Source: Sphyrna mokarran
Taxonomy: Eukaryota
Direction: 5' to 3'
Length of the DNA stretch: 64,000 nucleotides
Assembly: GCA_024679065.1 (NCBI GenBank)
Contig: JAGIQG010000001.1
Span: 101,246,001-101,310,000, forward strand
A program made the translations under genes and the position numbers. Every line of letters starts with the position of its first letter. Position 1 is the first letter of the stretch. The notes below the pieces were generated by a model that worked only from the letters and a program-made list of their open reading frames with translations, was not told the DNA's origin and searched no databases. Positions 12,876-24,600 of the stretch are shown piece after piece.

Positions 12876-15314
12876 TTTCTCTGGGCCATCGTGTTCAGAG
12901 CCAGCAGACCTGGAGAATCCCTGACCTCACCCGGTAGACTTCAGCAATTGAAGAAATATTTTGTGTTGCACATTTTTGTAGTTATTGAGAGTAAGGACAA
13001 ACTGTGAACACTTTGACTATTGCACTTATATGAGACAAGATCTTAAATCAGGCAGTTGAATTCAAAATTTATGTTGTTGCTAAAGTCCAGAATTTCTTTT
13101 TCCAGAGCCGCATTTAAAATATGCTGCTTCACAAGTTGTGATCCATTTGGTTAGGCAGAAAATTGATGCATGTCCTACAGCAGCTAGTGGCAGTGAATAA
13201 AATCCAGTAGGGACAGGCAGAGGGGTTAAATAGCCAGTAAAAGGAAATGAGAAGATTAGAAGTAGCTGTTTTCTCATTTTAAGAAGGAACTACCTGAAAA
13301 GGAATTTATAGCAGAGAGAAAATGACAGTGTTAGATAGTTGTAAAATGTAAACTAACTTAAATTAAGAAGTTGAATACAATAGGAAGCATTAAAAAGCCA
13401 GTGAGCAATAATGTGTTTCATTACTTTACTGTGTATGATTGCCGTGTGTTTTTCATCTTTAATGGTGCTGCAGCTAGTTCTCACTCCATCAGGTTTTCCA
13501 TTCTGCAACATTGAGTGCTTTCAGCCCTGACTGTGTGATTCACATTGCTCTTTACCCATTGCTCAATAGTGGTTGTGATCTGGTGATTGAAGGTACCAGC
13601 TGCCATTAACTGCTGGATGTGGGAGGGTCCTGATTTCAGCATTGTGGCAGTGTGTGAATAACATTTCATACTTGGGAATCCCAGAAAAATGTAGATTTCA
13701 GTGATACACAATACAAGGAGAAACAGCAGTGGCTTTTCAAAAACAAACCTGGGTTATTCTATGCAATCCAGACTACCTGACATACAAAAACAAGTGTGCC
13801 AGAATTTTTCTGCCAGTCCCTTGCAGGCTTCGTCAGAGATTGAAAAGCATGGATGATACTATGGTGTGAATGAGTGAGGAGATGCGGGATTCTGATCCTA
13901 ATTATGCCAGTTTTAGGAAACACCAGCAAAGGTCAAGTAATTTCCCACAGGGAGGAAAAGGACGTTAGTTTCTTTATTAACTTGGGCATCTCATATCATA
14001 GGCTCAGCAGCTTTGATAAGCTTGGGAACAGTTTTCCAATTCATTGTTTCAAATAGGGGAAGTGAGTGCAACAGCGGAAGAAAATCCTAACTTAGATTGG
14101 GGAAAAAAAAACAAAGCAGAATGAAATGTAATCTATCTCGTGTTATTGTCAATTCCACCTCTTTTGTAATTTCATGTTTGTTTTTAAATCTTCAGGCATT
14201 TGTGATTAGAAACAATACTTTTTTTCTGGTTAATTAAAATCAGTTTTTATTGTCTTTGTGTTTGTATACATGTTTTCTAGTCAATGGTAGTGGGGTCTGC
14301 CTTGGCGCTGGAGCACTGGATTCTAACTCTAGAGAGTAGAAAATATTTTATTGGGCCTTATCAAGGAGGCTGAAGGTTCACATTTCTTTCTGAGGAGAGA
14401 GGACTGCAGTCAGGGTTCCAGTTCCTTCTGTATTCGCACCTTCACTGTTCCCTCTAAAGTGTGCAATTGTGTAGCAACCCAAATGTTCTGACACAAGCTG
14501 TGCATATGTTAGCCCTTTAAATAATCTTGTTTGCACGGCATGAAAAGACATTTTAGATTCTGTACATCAAAATAACTTGACTGTCCACCACAAAATGAAT
14601 TGCATGTGCCACACTAGATCTGCCTCCAGTAACGCACATGGCTATCAAGATATGTAAATTAGACAACTTTCTAAGATATCGTGAATCATTGGCAGGGTCA
14701 GCACCTGAGGTTACTGTGGGCCAAATTTTAGCATTTACACTGAGACCTCCAGCCAGTGGGTTTGTGGACTCCCATCTTTGTTGTCGTGGCTTCAACCACT
14801 TGATTGACTGTTGTGGGAGCGGGATACAAATTGTTAGAGATTATACACAAAGGAACAGATGTGATTTTGCTGTCAGCAACATTGCTTAAATATGTTACTT
14901 GAACCAGACTTAGAATGATGGCTTTAGTCTACAGGGGGCTTTCCATGTGTTAACAGTATCTGTGACCTGCTGCTCTTTTGCCAGGCTTAAGTCAAAATTG
15001 AAGACAGATACTTGCAGCATTGAGTGTCATTTTCCCTATACCATCTTTAAAAAACACACTTCAAGCTCTCATGATAAGGCCAAGTTTCTCCTTAAATGCA
15101 AAACCTAAATAGCATTGTTTTTGTTGAATCAGTGTTGTACATGAATAAACCATTCAACTTTTCCAGTCGGCTGCAGCATTCAATAAAATTAGGATTGAAC
15201 TTCCTTCACAATTCCACTTTCCTGCCCCTTGTCAAATTCCTTGATTCCAAACTGATTAACCACGTAAATGAAAAGCAGGTCAAGTGGGAAATTTGAGGCA
15301 ACTAACTCGGCTTC

Positions 15315-15565
15315 AGGCTTCACAAAGCCTGCCCACTGTGTACAAGGGGCAAGCTATGAAAGAGATGGTGTGCTCTCCACAGCCTCTGACAACACTGAAG
15401 AGGTTCAATACCATCCAGGATGGAGCAGCCTGCATGACTGGCACCTCATTCACTATTTGACTATTCAGTTCCTCCACCACTGATCACTGTGGAAGCAATA
15501 TGTATAGTCTACAGGATGTACTACAGCAACTCACCAGGGTTCCTTCAACAAATCCTTAGCCTCTT
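15315..15565 (+). mobile_element. Internal fragment of the L2/CR1-group LINE family at 8660-10745
   Basis: acaacactgaag...ccatccagga...cagttcctccaccactga parallels 10280-10440. Confidence 0.65.
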
Positions 15566-15589
15566 AAACTTGGATCTCTAAGCAACAAA

Positions 15590-17135
15590 GGTGAACATAT
15601 CGTTTGCCAACTGTTTGTTTGTTATAACTGCATACTAGCTTTCTGTTCCTTGTACCAAGCATATTTAAGTTAGTGTCTCTGAACATCAAAATTTGAAGTT
15701 TCATGTCCTTTTAAACTATTCAGTTTTTATGTTCTTACTGCAAACTGAATAATTTCACATTTCTTCTCATTATATTCCATCTGATACCTCATTGCCCATT
15801 CATTTAATCGCTTTGCAACCTGCTTGTGTGTGTCTCTCAGTCTACATTCCCAACTAACTTTGTATCATCAACAAACTTAGATACGTTACTGTCCATCTCT
15901 TGTCATTAATATAGGTTTAAGAAGCTGAGGCTTCTGTACTAATCATTGTTCACTCCACTCTTAACATCCTGCCAACCTGAAAGTGGCCCATTTCTCCCTA
16001 CCCTTTGCTTTCTGTGCATTAACCAGTCCCCTATTTATGCTAATCTATGAACACAACTCCATGAGTCCTCGCATATTAACTTTGGTTTGTAGCATGTTAT
16101 TGAATGTCTTTTGAAAATCCAAGTTGATACATCTATTGGTCCCCATTTATCTGCATCCCCAAAAAGCTCCAATGAATTTGTCAAAAGGATTCTTCTTTTA
16201 TAAAGTGATGCTGACCTTGTCTGATTGTACTGTGACTGTTTAAAAAATTGTTTATGGAAATTTCCTACGTAATAGGTTCCAGTATTTTCTGATGACTGGT
16301 GTCACAATACCTGGTCAGTACTTGCCTATTTTTTCTGCCTTCTCCAGCAGTGATACCAGAGTTGACTATACCAATCTGCTTGAACAACTATTGAGGCAAT
16401 GGAATTTCAAAAAATGATAACTAATGCATCCACCAATTCTGTACCTATCTTTTTCAAGTCCCTAGAATATAGGCCATCTGATCCATGGGATTTGTTGGCT
16501 TTTTGATCTTGAAATTTTTCCCATTTTTTTATATATTAATTACTTTAAGTTGCTCAGTCCTATCAGTCCTTTGGTTATCCTCTATTTTTAGAATGAATTT
16601 GTGTTTTCCTCCTACTGTGAAGATAGGCAGAAAATATTTGTTCAACGTTTCTACTATTTCTTCATTCTCTATGGTGAGTTCTTCGACCTCTTCCTCAAAG
16701 GGACCTTATTTTAGGCTGCTCTGCTTTTTATATGTTGGGGTGACATGGTGGCACAGTGATTAGCACTGCTGCCTCACAGCGCCAGGGATCTGGGTTCAAT
16801 TCCAGCCTGAGGTCACTGTCTGTGTGGAGTTTATACATTCTCCCTGTGTCTGCATAGGTTTCCTCTCGGTGCTCTGGTTTCCACCCATTGTCCAAAGATT
16901 TGTGAGTAAGGTTGATTGGCCGTGCTAAATTGACGTTAGTGGGGTAATGTGAGGTTATGGGAAGTAGGGCCTGAGTGGAATTGTGGTCGCTGCAGACTCA
17001 ATGGAATGAACGGCCTCCTTCAACACATCAGGATTCTATGTATATAAATGTATAAGCCCTTAGAATCTGCTTTCATGTTCCTGGCTAGTTTATTCTCATG
17101 CTCTTTTTTTTCCCTTTTCTGTTAATTTTTTGGTC
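15590..17135 (-). mobile_element. Old CR1 RT fragment, interrupted by the SINE at 16738-17040
   Basis: Reverse CR1 motifs (tttgtatcatcaacaaact = KFVDDTK, ttttgaaaatcc = DFQK, aggccatctgatcc = GSDGL). Confidence 0.7.
16738..17040 (+). mobile_element. HE1-like V-SINE, near full length
   Basis: ggtggcacagtgattagcactgctgcctcacagcgccaggga, B-box gggttcaattcc, V-domain, CR1-type tail ending ggattctatg. Confidence 0.92.
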
Positions 17136-17539
17136 AATATGTAACATGTTGATGTCACGGATATGATTTGCATGTGTTTCTGAACCAGGCATTTAGTGCA
17201 AAACAGTGGGAATTTTTTTCTTTGCTCATATTTGGGGGGAAATTAGTTATTCTGATTCATTACCTCAAAGATCATAGAAAATGTCATTGGAAATTCATTA
17301 AACAAAGTAATCTTGATGGATTTTAATCAATCCTAAGAGTGAGATAATTCACTTTATTAAACCCAGTTGCTGCCTTTGTTATTCGAAAATTATTGCATTT
17401 TAATGATGATTTGAAACATGATAACCTATGAGGAAATAACATTTTCTAAATGAAATAATATAGTTGAACTGGAATATATGCTAACTTCTTAGACTTCAGT
17501 TTTATCAATGTGGTTACCTTTATATTTTTAAAATTTTCA

Positions 17540-18015
17540 ATTTGTTTATTTGTGTCACAAGTAGGCTTGCATTAACACTGCAATGAAGTTGCTGTGAAAA
17601 TCCCCTAGTTGTCACAGTCCGACATCTATTTGAGTACACTCTGGGAGAATTTAGCATTGCCAGTGCATCTAACCAGCATTTCTTTTGGACAGTGGACATA
17701 CAAGGTGGCAAGGGCCTGGAATGCACTGCCAAGTGAGGTGGTTGAGGCAGACATGTTAGCAACATTTAAGACTTGTCTGGATAGACACATGAACAAGTGG
17801 GAAATAGAGGGATACATGTGGTTGGTGTAGATAGGAAAATGCGATTAGCGCAGACTTGGTGAGCTGAAGGACCTGTTCCTGTGCAGTACTGTTCCTTGCT
17901 CTTTGCTGAAAACAGAGCACCCAGAGAAAACCCATGTGGATGCTGGTAGAACATGCAGACTCTGCACAGATAGTGACCCAAGTCAGGAATCGAACTTGGG
18001 TCCCTGGCACGCTGC
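17540..18015 (-). mobile_element. V-SINE variant (Rex1-like tail) split by a CR1 fragment
   Basis: Same tail as 12589-12875; SINE reads through if 17696-17907 is removed. Confidence 0.8.
17696..17907 (+). mobile_element. CR1 3' fragment nested in a V-SINE
   Basis: KVARAWNALPSEVVEADMLATFKTCLDRHM plus gagctgaaggacctgttcctgtgc tail. Confidence 0.85.
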
Positions 18016-18064
18016 CAGCCATATGTGGTGAACATAGTCAAAATTCCTCCAAAATATGATGATA

Positions 18065-18340
18065 AATGTTGAATATTGCTGAACAGATATGGTGCTGAAG
18101 ATTTTCGTCTGGCACTCACCCAGAGACAAACACAAGAATGCCAAATTTTAAATGACCACAACAATTTATACTACAGGCAAAAAGGAGCACTGATTGATTT
18201 ATAAGTTGATTCTTTGTTGGTTGAGGCATTAACGTAGATCAATCAATGCAAAACTATAGGCTCCCTATGTTTACGGAGGTGATTCAAAGGAGACACAGGG
18301 CTTGAGCACATTCCTTTTGTTTGCAGAGAACTGGTCGCTG
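18065..18340 (-). mobile_element. Penelope-like terminal-repeat fragment with decayed hammerhead motif
   Basis: Aligns by eye with 37185-37480 (gaatattgctgaa..., acaacaatttata, ccttttgt.tgcaga). Confidence 0.65.
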
Positions 18341-18519
18341 TTCAACAATGTATTTTGCTTCTTGTGGACAAAGTGGTGGAAAGATTCCCAAGCAGATTGT
18401 CAGCCTGTTGAACCGCATTACAAACGCTCCTTCCATGGCCAGTAAGTCCTGGCTTCTGATCAAGAGGTAGGGGCCCCATTACTAAGTCACCAAATCTCTT
18501 GATGTTGAGTGAATGTTAT

Positions 18520-18690
18520 AATATCAATTTGGCAAACCTGTTCTGACCTTCCTGTCACTCTAGATTCACAGCAATGTGTTTGGCTCATAAATGCCATCCC
18601 CCTGAAATGGCCAACCAAGACACTCTGTTCACTAGCAAATAAGGATGAGCAAGAGATTTGCCACTGACACCACTGTCGGGAAAAAAAACC
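18520..18690 (+). mobile_element. Deu-type SINE 3' part
   Basis: cacagcaatgtgtttggctc...ctgaaatggccaaccaagacactc followed by L2-group-like tail. Confidence 0.55.
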
Positions 18691-19329
18691 CCACATACTG
18701 TCAAATAATTTTTAAAAAACTGTCATCCCACAAAATTTCAGTGGATGAACATTCAACCAAATAGTCCAGACTGACAAAAACTTTATTATTACTTTAAACT
18801 TTTAAAAAAATCATAAGTGCAACTTAGGGCATGGAGTTATGTTCAATTATTTTTACTTCACTTTGTGCCACTAAATGAGATTTCCAAATAGCAAGTGACA
18901 ATAAAGGGCTGTGCTGTACTGAATACCTGGTCCCACTGTGCTTTGTAGTCGACAGGATATCTTGTATCAATCTATTTACAAATGGAAGCAGCTTGTGTGG
19001 TTGCAAAAACAATCTGTTGGACAGTAAACTGGTGCACCCAGAAGGAAATAGCAGTCGTACTCCCACCCTTTTCCTGTGACTTGCGCAGAGTTCCTTCCAG
19101 GCAACAGTGATGTGCTGCTCATGAATAGCTGATTTATTTTTGAGTTGCTTGTCAGTTTAAATATTATAACACTGCAGAATATATGGGAGAATGTGAGTTT
19201 TGTGTTGGAATAAGGAACTAAGATATCTAAAGCATCAGATAATATCCTGGTGCTTTGATTAGCTTGAAGTTATTCAATTAATTTAGTTTGTGTTGGGACT
19301 GTGCTCCTTGGAGATGTCCATTTGTAAAT

Positions 19330-20165
19330 AGAATAAAAAACAAAAAAACAATACAGCACAGAGGGAAACGGCCCTTAGGCCCTCCAACCCTGTGTTGATC
19401 ATGGTACCTGCTTAAACTAAAGCCGTATGCATTTATGGAGTCCCTATCCTTCATTCCCAACCTAGTCATGTATTTGTCTAGATGCGCCTGAAATGCCACT
19501 AATGTACCTGCTCCCACCACCTCTCTGGGCAGCATGTTCCAGACATTCACCATGCTATGTGTTTTTTAAAAAAAAACAATTTGCCTCGCACATCTCCACT
19601 ACATTTTTCCTCATGCACCTTAAACCAGTGTCCCTTCGTACTTCATTTTTCTAGGAAAGAGCATCTGATTATCCACTCTGTCCGTGCCACGCATAATTTT
19701 GTAAACCTCTATCAGATCGACCCTCAACCTCTGTCGTTCCAGTGAGATCAAATCAAGTTTATCTAAACTCTCCTTGTAGATAATGCCCCCCAGACCAGGC
19801 AATATCCTGGTAAACCTCTTCTTTATCCTCTCCAAAGCATCCACATCCTTCTAGTAATGTGGTGACCAGAATTATACACCTCATTCCAAATGAGGCCTAA
19901 CTCAGGTTCTGAGTATTGAGTATTTTTATACTCAATACTCCGACTGATGAAGGCAAGCATACTGTGTGCTTTCTTGACTATCTTTTTCACCTATGTTGCC
20001 ACTTTCAGTGATCCATGGATATGTACACCAGATCTCTTTACCTGTCAAATCCTAAGGGTTCTACCATTTATTGTATAATTCTACAAGCATTGAATTTTGC
20101 AAAATGCATTACCTCATATTTGTTCAGACTAAACGCTATCTGGCATTTTTCTGCCTAAGTCTGCT
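19330..20165 (-). mobile_element. CR1 LINE 3' fragment
   Basis: ORFs 19278..19553 and 19620..19844 (ALERIKKRFTRILPG, LERQRLRVDLIEVYKIMRG, VWNMLP). Confidence 0.92.
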
Positions 20166-20174
20166 GTCATAAGC

Positions 20175-20975
20175 AATCCTCACAACTCCAGAATCAACCA
20201 GTGAATCATTTCTGTACCCTCTCCAGTGCCAGTTTATCCTTTTTCAAATATGGAGACCAAAACTGTACACTACTCCAGGTGTGGACTCACCAGCACCTTT
20301 ATACAGCTGCAACATTATCTCCCTGTTTTTAAATTCCATTCATTTAGCAATGAAGGACAAAATTTTATTTGCCTTATTAATTACTTGCAAACCAACTCTT
20401 TGTGATTCGTGCAGAAGGACACCCAGGTCCCTCTGCACAGCTGCATATTGCCTTTTTTACCATTTAAATAATTCATTTTGCTGCTGTTACTATCAAAATG
20501 AATAACCTCACATTTACTAACATTTGTACTCCAACTGTCAGATGCTTGCCTGCTTAGACTATCTATGTCCCTTTGCAGACTTTGAGCATCTTCTGCACAT
20601 TTTGCTGTGCTACTCACCCTACTGTCATCTGTGTACTCTGACACACTACGTTTGTTCCCCAACTCCAAATCAGTGATGTAAATTGTAAACAATTGCAGTC
20701 CCAACACCACTCTGGGCACACCACTAGTCACTGATTGTCAACCAGTAAAACACCCCATTTATCCCCTTTACTTACTGTTAATTAACCAATCCTCTATCTG
20801 TGCAAATAAATATTTGTAATGCCATGCCCCTTTATCCTATGCAGCAGCTTTTGTGCGGTATCTTGTTGAATGCCTTCTAGAAATCCAGATATACCATATC
20901 CATCAGTTTCCCATTGTCCACTGCGCTCATAGTGTCTTCAAAGAATTCCAGTAAATTAGTTAAACATGACCTGTC
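20175..20975 (-). mobile_element. Second, older CR1 RT fragment
   Basis: ORF 20381..20731: TSGVPRVVLGLQLFTIYITDL...YTDDS...KCEVIHF. Confidence 0.85.
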
Positions 20976-21239
20976 TTCCTCAGGAAATGTGTAGCATGTT
21001 GATCAAAGCAAATGATACATCCTTTCAACAAGTCTAATTGTAGAATCCTCGATCAGTCATGCAGAATTTAACCAGAAAGTATAAATTAGAACACTTGATA
21101 TAAAATCATGTGTAGAAGGTGAAATGAAGGAAGCAGCAGAAGCTGGGATGAAAAGATAAGAGACCAAAAAAAAAACGGAACAAATACTTAAATGCTGAAG
21201 GAATGAGAGTCTACACTTTTAAAAGTATATTTTTAAGAC

Positions 21240-22110
21240 CCGAGACATTGTTTGGCGTTAATATGACTTGACACGCCATTAAAACTGCTCATACACATGA
21301 GAATAACAGCCTGAGCTTTTTCTGGGCTGTTTAGTGAGCAACTAATATCCTTCATTTTTGTGGACAGTGAGTCTTTTGGCGAGGTACTGAGATGACAAAA
21401 CTTCTGGAAGAACAGAGCAAATTAGGCAGCAACTACATCAAGGCTAATATCCAAAGATATTAGATACTGTAGTGGCATAGGCATGCCTAAGGTTTTAAGC
21501 AGAGGAGACAATTAGATGGAGACAGAGGTGAGCAGTATAAGGAGATGGATTTAAGCCAACTTGCTAATAAACATGACCTGAGGTTTAAAACTCAGCATAA
21601 GATTGAGTCTGGTATCATTTGGTCTGAGCTTTGTGACTTATTGAAGATGTGATTTTGGAGAAGCAGTCTGCTAGCACGGATGCATTTGAAGAGTCGAGGG
21701 AAATGTTGGAGAGAATTGCTGGTATTCATCAATATGCATTCAAAAGTTATCCTTCTGTTTGTGGATGATATTACTTATATACAGTAAGGAGAAGCAGGGG
21801 GTCAAGGATAGATATTTAGGTGACTTCAGAGACTGAAGTGCTGGGGAAAGAAAGTCGTCAATCCTGGAGATGTCCTCTAATTATGTTTGAGTAGGTATGA
21901 ATGGAGCCATGCAGTGGCAGTCTCATGAAGCTGAATGATGAAGGGGTAACATGGGATAGCATGGTAGTGGTATTGAATTCTGTGAAGAGCAAGAATAGGA
22001 TAAGCTGGGTTGTAGTCTCAGAGGATGTTGTTCATAGATTAGCCCAGGGCTATTTGAATCTTTTGACAAGCTTGAAAACCAGAATGGAAGAAATTAAATA
22101 GGGATTTAGG
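21240..22110 (-). mobile_element. Highly decayed L2-like sequence
   Basis: Purine-rich reverse L2-like motifs (gagaagcaggggtcaaggatagat..., ggagatggatttaagcc). Confidence 0.4.
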
Positions 22111-22124
22111 TGAGAAATTGGCAT

Positions 22125-22257
22125 GGACAAAGGGTCATCCTTATTAAAAACATTAGCTGTATTTTCTATCCACAGATGCAGTCAGATCTGCTGAATATTT
22201 TCCAGCATTTTCTGTTTTTCTTTCAAATTCCAGCATCAGCAGTATTTTGGTTTTATC
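22125..22257 (+). mobile_element. Penelope-derived short repeat with decayed hammerhead
   Basis: acaaagggtcatcc...aaacattagct...ccacagatgc...ccagcattttctgtttt...cagtattttg; homologous to 50676-50797. Confidence 0.7.
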
Positions 22258-22342
22258 GCAAAAATATTTAGAATTGACAGGCAGAAAAAAACTAGCTGGT
22301 TTGTCAAGTCTGCCAAGTATCTAGAGCTGGAGCATCAGGTTC

Positions 22343-22680
22343 ACAACAACTTGCATTTATACAGCGTCTTTAACATAATAAAATGTCCCAAGACATTTCA
22401 CAGGAGCATTATCAAAAATATAATTGACACCAAACCAGATAGAGATATTAGAACAGGTGAAAGCATCTTGTAAAGGATCATTGTTAGAGAGACAAAGATT
22501 TGAGGAGGCAGTTGCAGTACATAAGGCCTAGGCAACTGAAGGTGAAGTCATCAATGATGGAGCAATGGGAATCTGAATATGCAAGTCCAGATGTGGATGA
22601 GTGCAGATACCCAAGTGAGTTGTAGGGGTGGAGGAGATAGAATTGGATGTGAATTTTAAAATCAAGGTGTTCAGCCTTTT
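22343..22680 (-). mobile_element. L2 LINE 3' end
   Basis: caacaacttgcatttatacagcg = reverse of the L2-type terminus cgctatataaatgcaagttgttg. Confidence 0.75.
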
Positions 22681-22699
22681 GATGTTCTGTCAGTTTCAA

Positions 22700-23135
22700 T
22701 GAGATTTCCCCCTCATCCTTCTAAATTACATCGAGTACAGATTCAGAATTCTCAAACTCTTTGTACACCAAGCTTTTTATTTCTGGGATTATTCTTGTGA
22801 ACTCCTCTGGATCCTTTCCAAGGCCAATATATACTTCCTTAGATACGGGGCCCAAAACTGCTCACAGTACTCCAAATTTGGTCTGACCAGAGCCTTATGC
22901 AGCCTCAGCAGTACATCCCTGCTTTTGTATTCCAGTCCCCTCGAAATGGATGCTAACATTGCATTTACCTTCCTAACTACCAACTCAATCTGCAAATTAA
23001 CCTTAAGAGAATCCTGAACCAGGACTGCTGAGTCTCAATGTGCTTCTGATTTCTGAACTCTTCCCCATTTAGAAAATAGTCTATGCCTCTATTTTTCCTA
23101 CCAAAGTGCATAACCTCACACTTTCCCATGTTGTA
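22700..23135 (-). mobile_element. CR1 RT fragment
   Basis: ORF 22789..22995: NAMLASISRGLEYKSRDVLLRLHKALVRPNLEYCEQFWAP. Confidence 0.9.
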
Positions 23136-24027
23136 TGAACATGAACCATGTGTTATCTTGAAAGTTATTTATCTTTTATATATTGTCATCTTTTCCCCAA
23201 CCAAGAACTGACTCAGCTGCCTAATTATAAGGAATGCAGAAAGTCAGCACACAACCATCAACATATTGTATAAGGAGAAATGAAACAACACACTTAAGAC
23301 CTTAGAGAAGAAATGGAATTTGGAAATGGTTCGATATTAGGACGGGAAAAAGGTTGTTTTTTTTTGAAGATGGGTGATCTTGGTGGTATGTGGAATGGTT
23401 GTTTAGGAGAGGGAAACCACTGACCAAGTTAATTAACATGGGGATGGGGAAAAGGAATTAAGTGGACAGGAATTGAAATGTTATGTAAAAACAAGTTTCT
23501 TTCTTGTTTTTATATTGTTCTGCGTAATCTCAGTTGATTGAGGTATGTTTATGTTAATAAACCCAAGGTGTGTGAGGGATATTATTAAATATACAAAAAT
23601 TTGGCATGATCAGCAATGACTTTGAGAAAAAGATACGAGTCATGAAGCTCATTTCAGGGTCAAACAGCTCAAAGACGATTAGATGGAACGGCGGCATGGA
23701 TACTGAAGTCATCCATTGAAACTGCTAATTGTAAACCTGAGAGTAACACCATGTGGGAGAGGTGCTGAAGAAGGATGAAATAGTTGACTTGTTGAAGGCT
23801 GGAAGGACTTTAAAGATGATAACAAAGAGCCAAGTGCTATGATTGTAATCACAAGCACCAGTGTTACTGTCTGACTAGGACAGTTGAGTGCTGTAGTCAT
23901 ACCTAACTGAAGAGATTTGAACTAGTTAGGTGAAGCTCTGATTGGCAATAACTGGTTTGTGGAGATTTGAGAAAAGGAGTGGTCATTGGCTCAAGAATAT
24001 AAGAACTGGATTTTTAAGGGGCAAATG

Positions 24028-24600
24028 AGATAAAATGTGTAGTGGTCCATTTTGGCAGGAATACTGGGATGAAGGAGTAAATATAAGGGGTAGGAAACTT
24101 AGCTGTGTTGTAGAGCAGAAGGATCTCGGGGTCCGGGTCCATAGGACTCTTAAATCGGCCTTGCAGGTGGAGGAAGTGGTCAAGAAGGCGTACGGTGTAC
24201 TGGCCTTCATTAATCGAGGAATAGAGTTTAGGAGTCAGGAGGTAATGATGTAGCTCTATAAGACTCTTGTCAGACCCCAGTTGGAGTATTGTGCGCAGTT
24301 CTGGTCGCCTCATTATAGGAAGGATGTAGAGGCCATTGAGAGAGTTCAGAGGAGATTTACAAGGATGCTGCCTGGATTGGGAGGCAGGCCTTATGAAGAT
24401 AGGTTGAGGGAGCTGGGACTCTTCTCACTGGAGCAACGTAGGTTGAGAGGCGACCTGATAGAGGTTTATAAAATGTTGAGAGGGATAGATAGGGTGGAGT
24501 CTCAGAGACTATTTTCCCCGAGCTGAAATGGTCACTACGAGAGGACACAGATTTAAGGTGCAGGGAAGCAAATACAAAGGAGATGTCAGAGGTAGGTTTT
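24028..24600 (+). mobile_element. CR1 LINE, left part of host element interrupted at GRF|FTQRVV
   Basis: EQKDLGVRVHRTLK...[15 protein letters not shown]...TRGHRFKVQGSKYKGDVRGRF. Confidence 0.95.

Noticed and set aside
16738-16810. tRNA genes (A/B boxes here and at 12589, 52911)
   Set aside because: They are tRNA-derived SINE heads followed by a V-domain and LINE-like tail.
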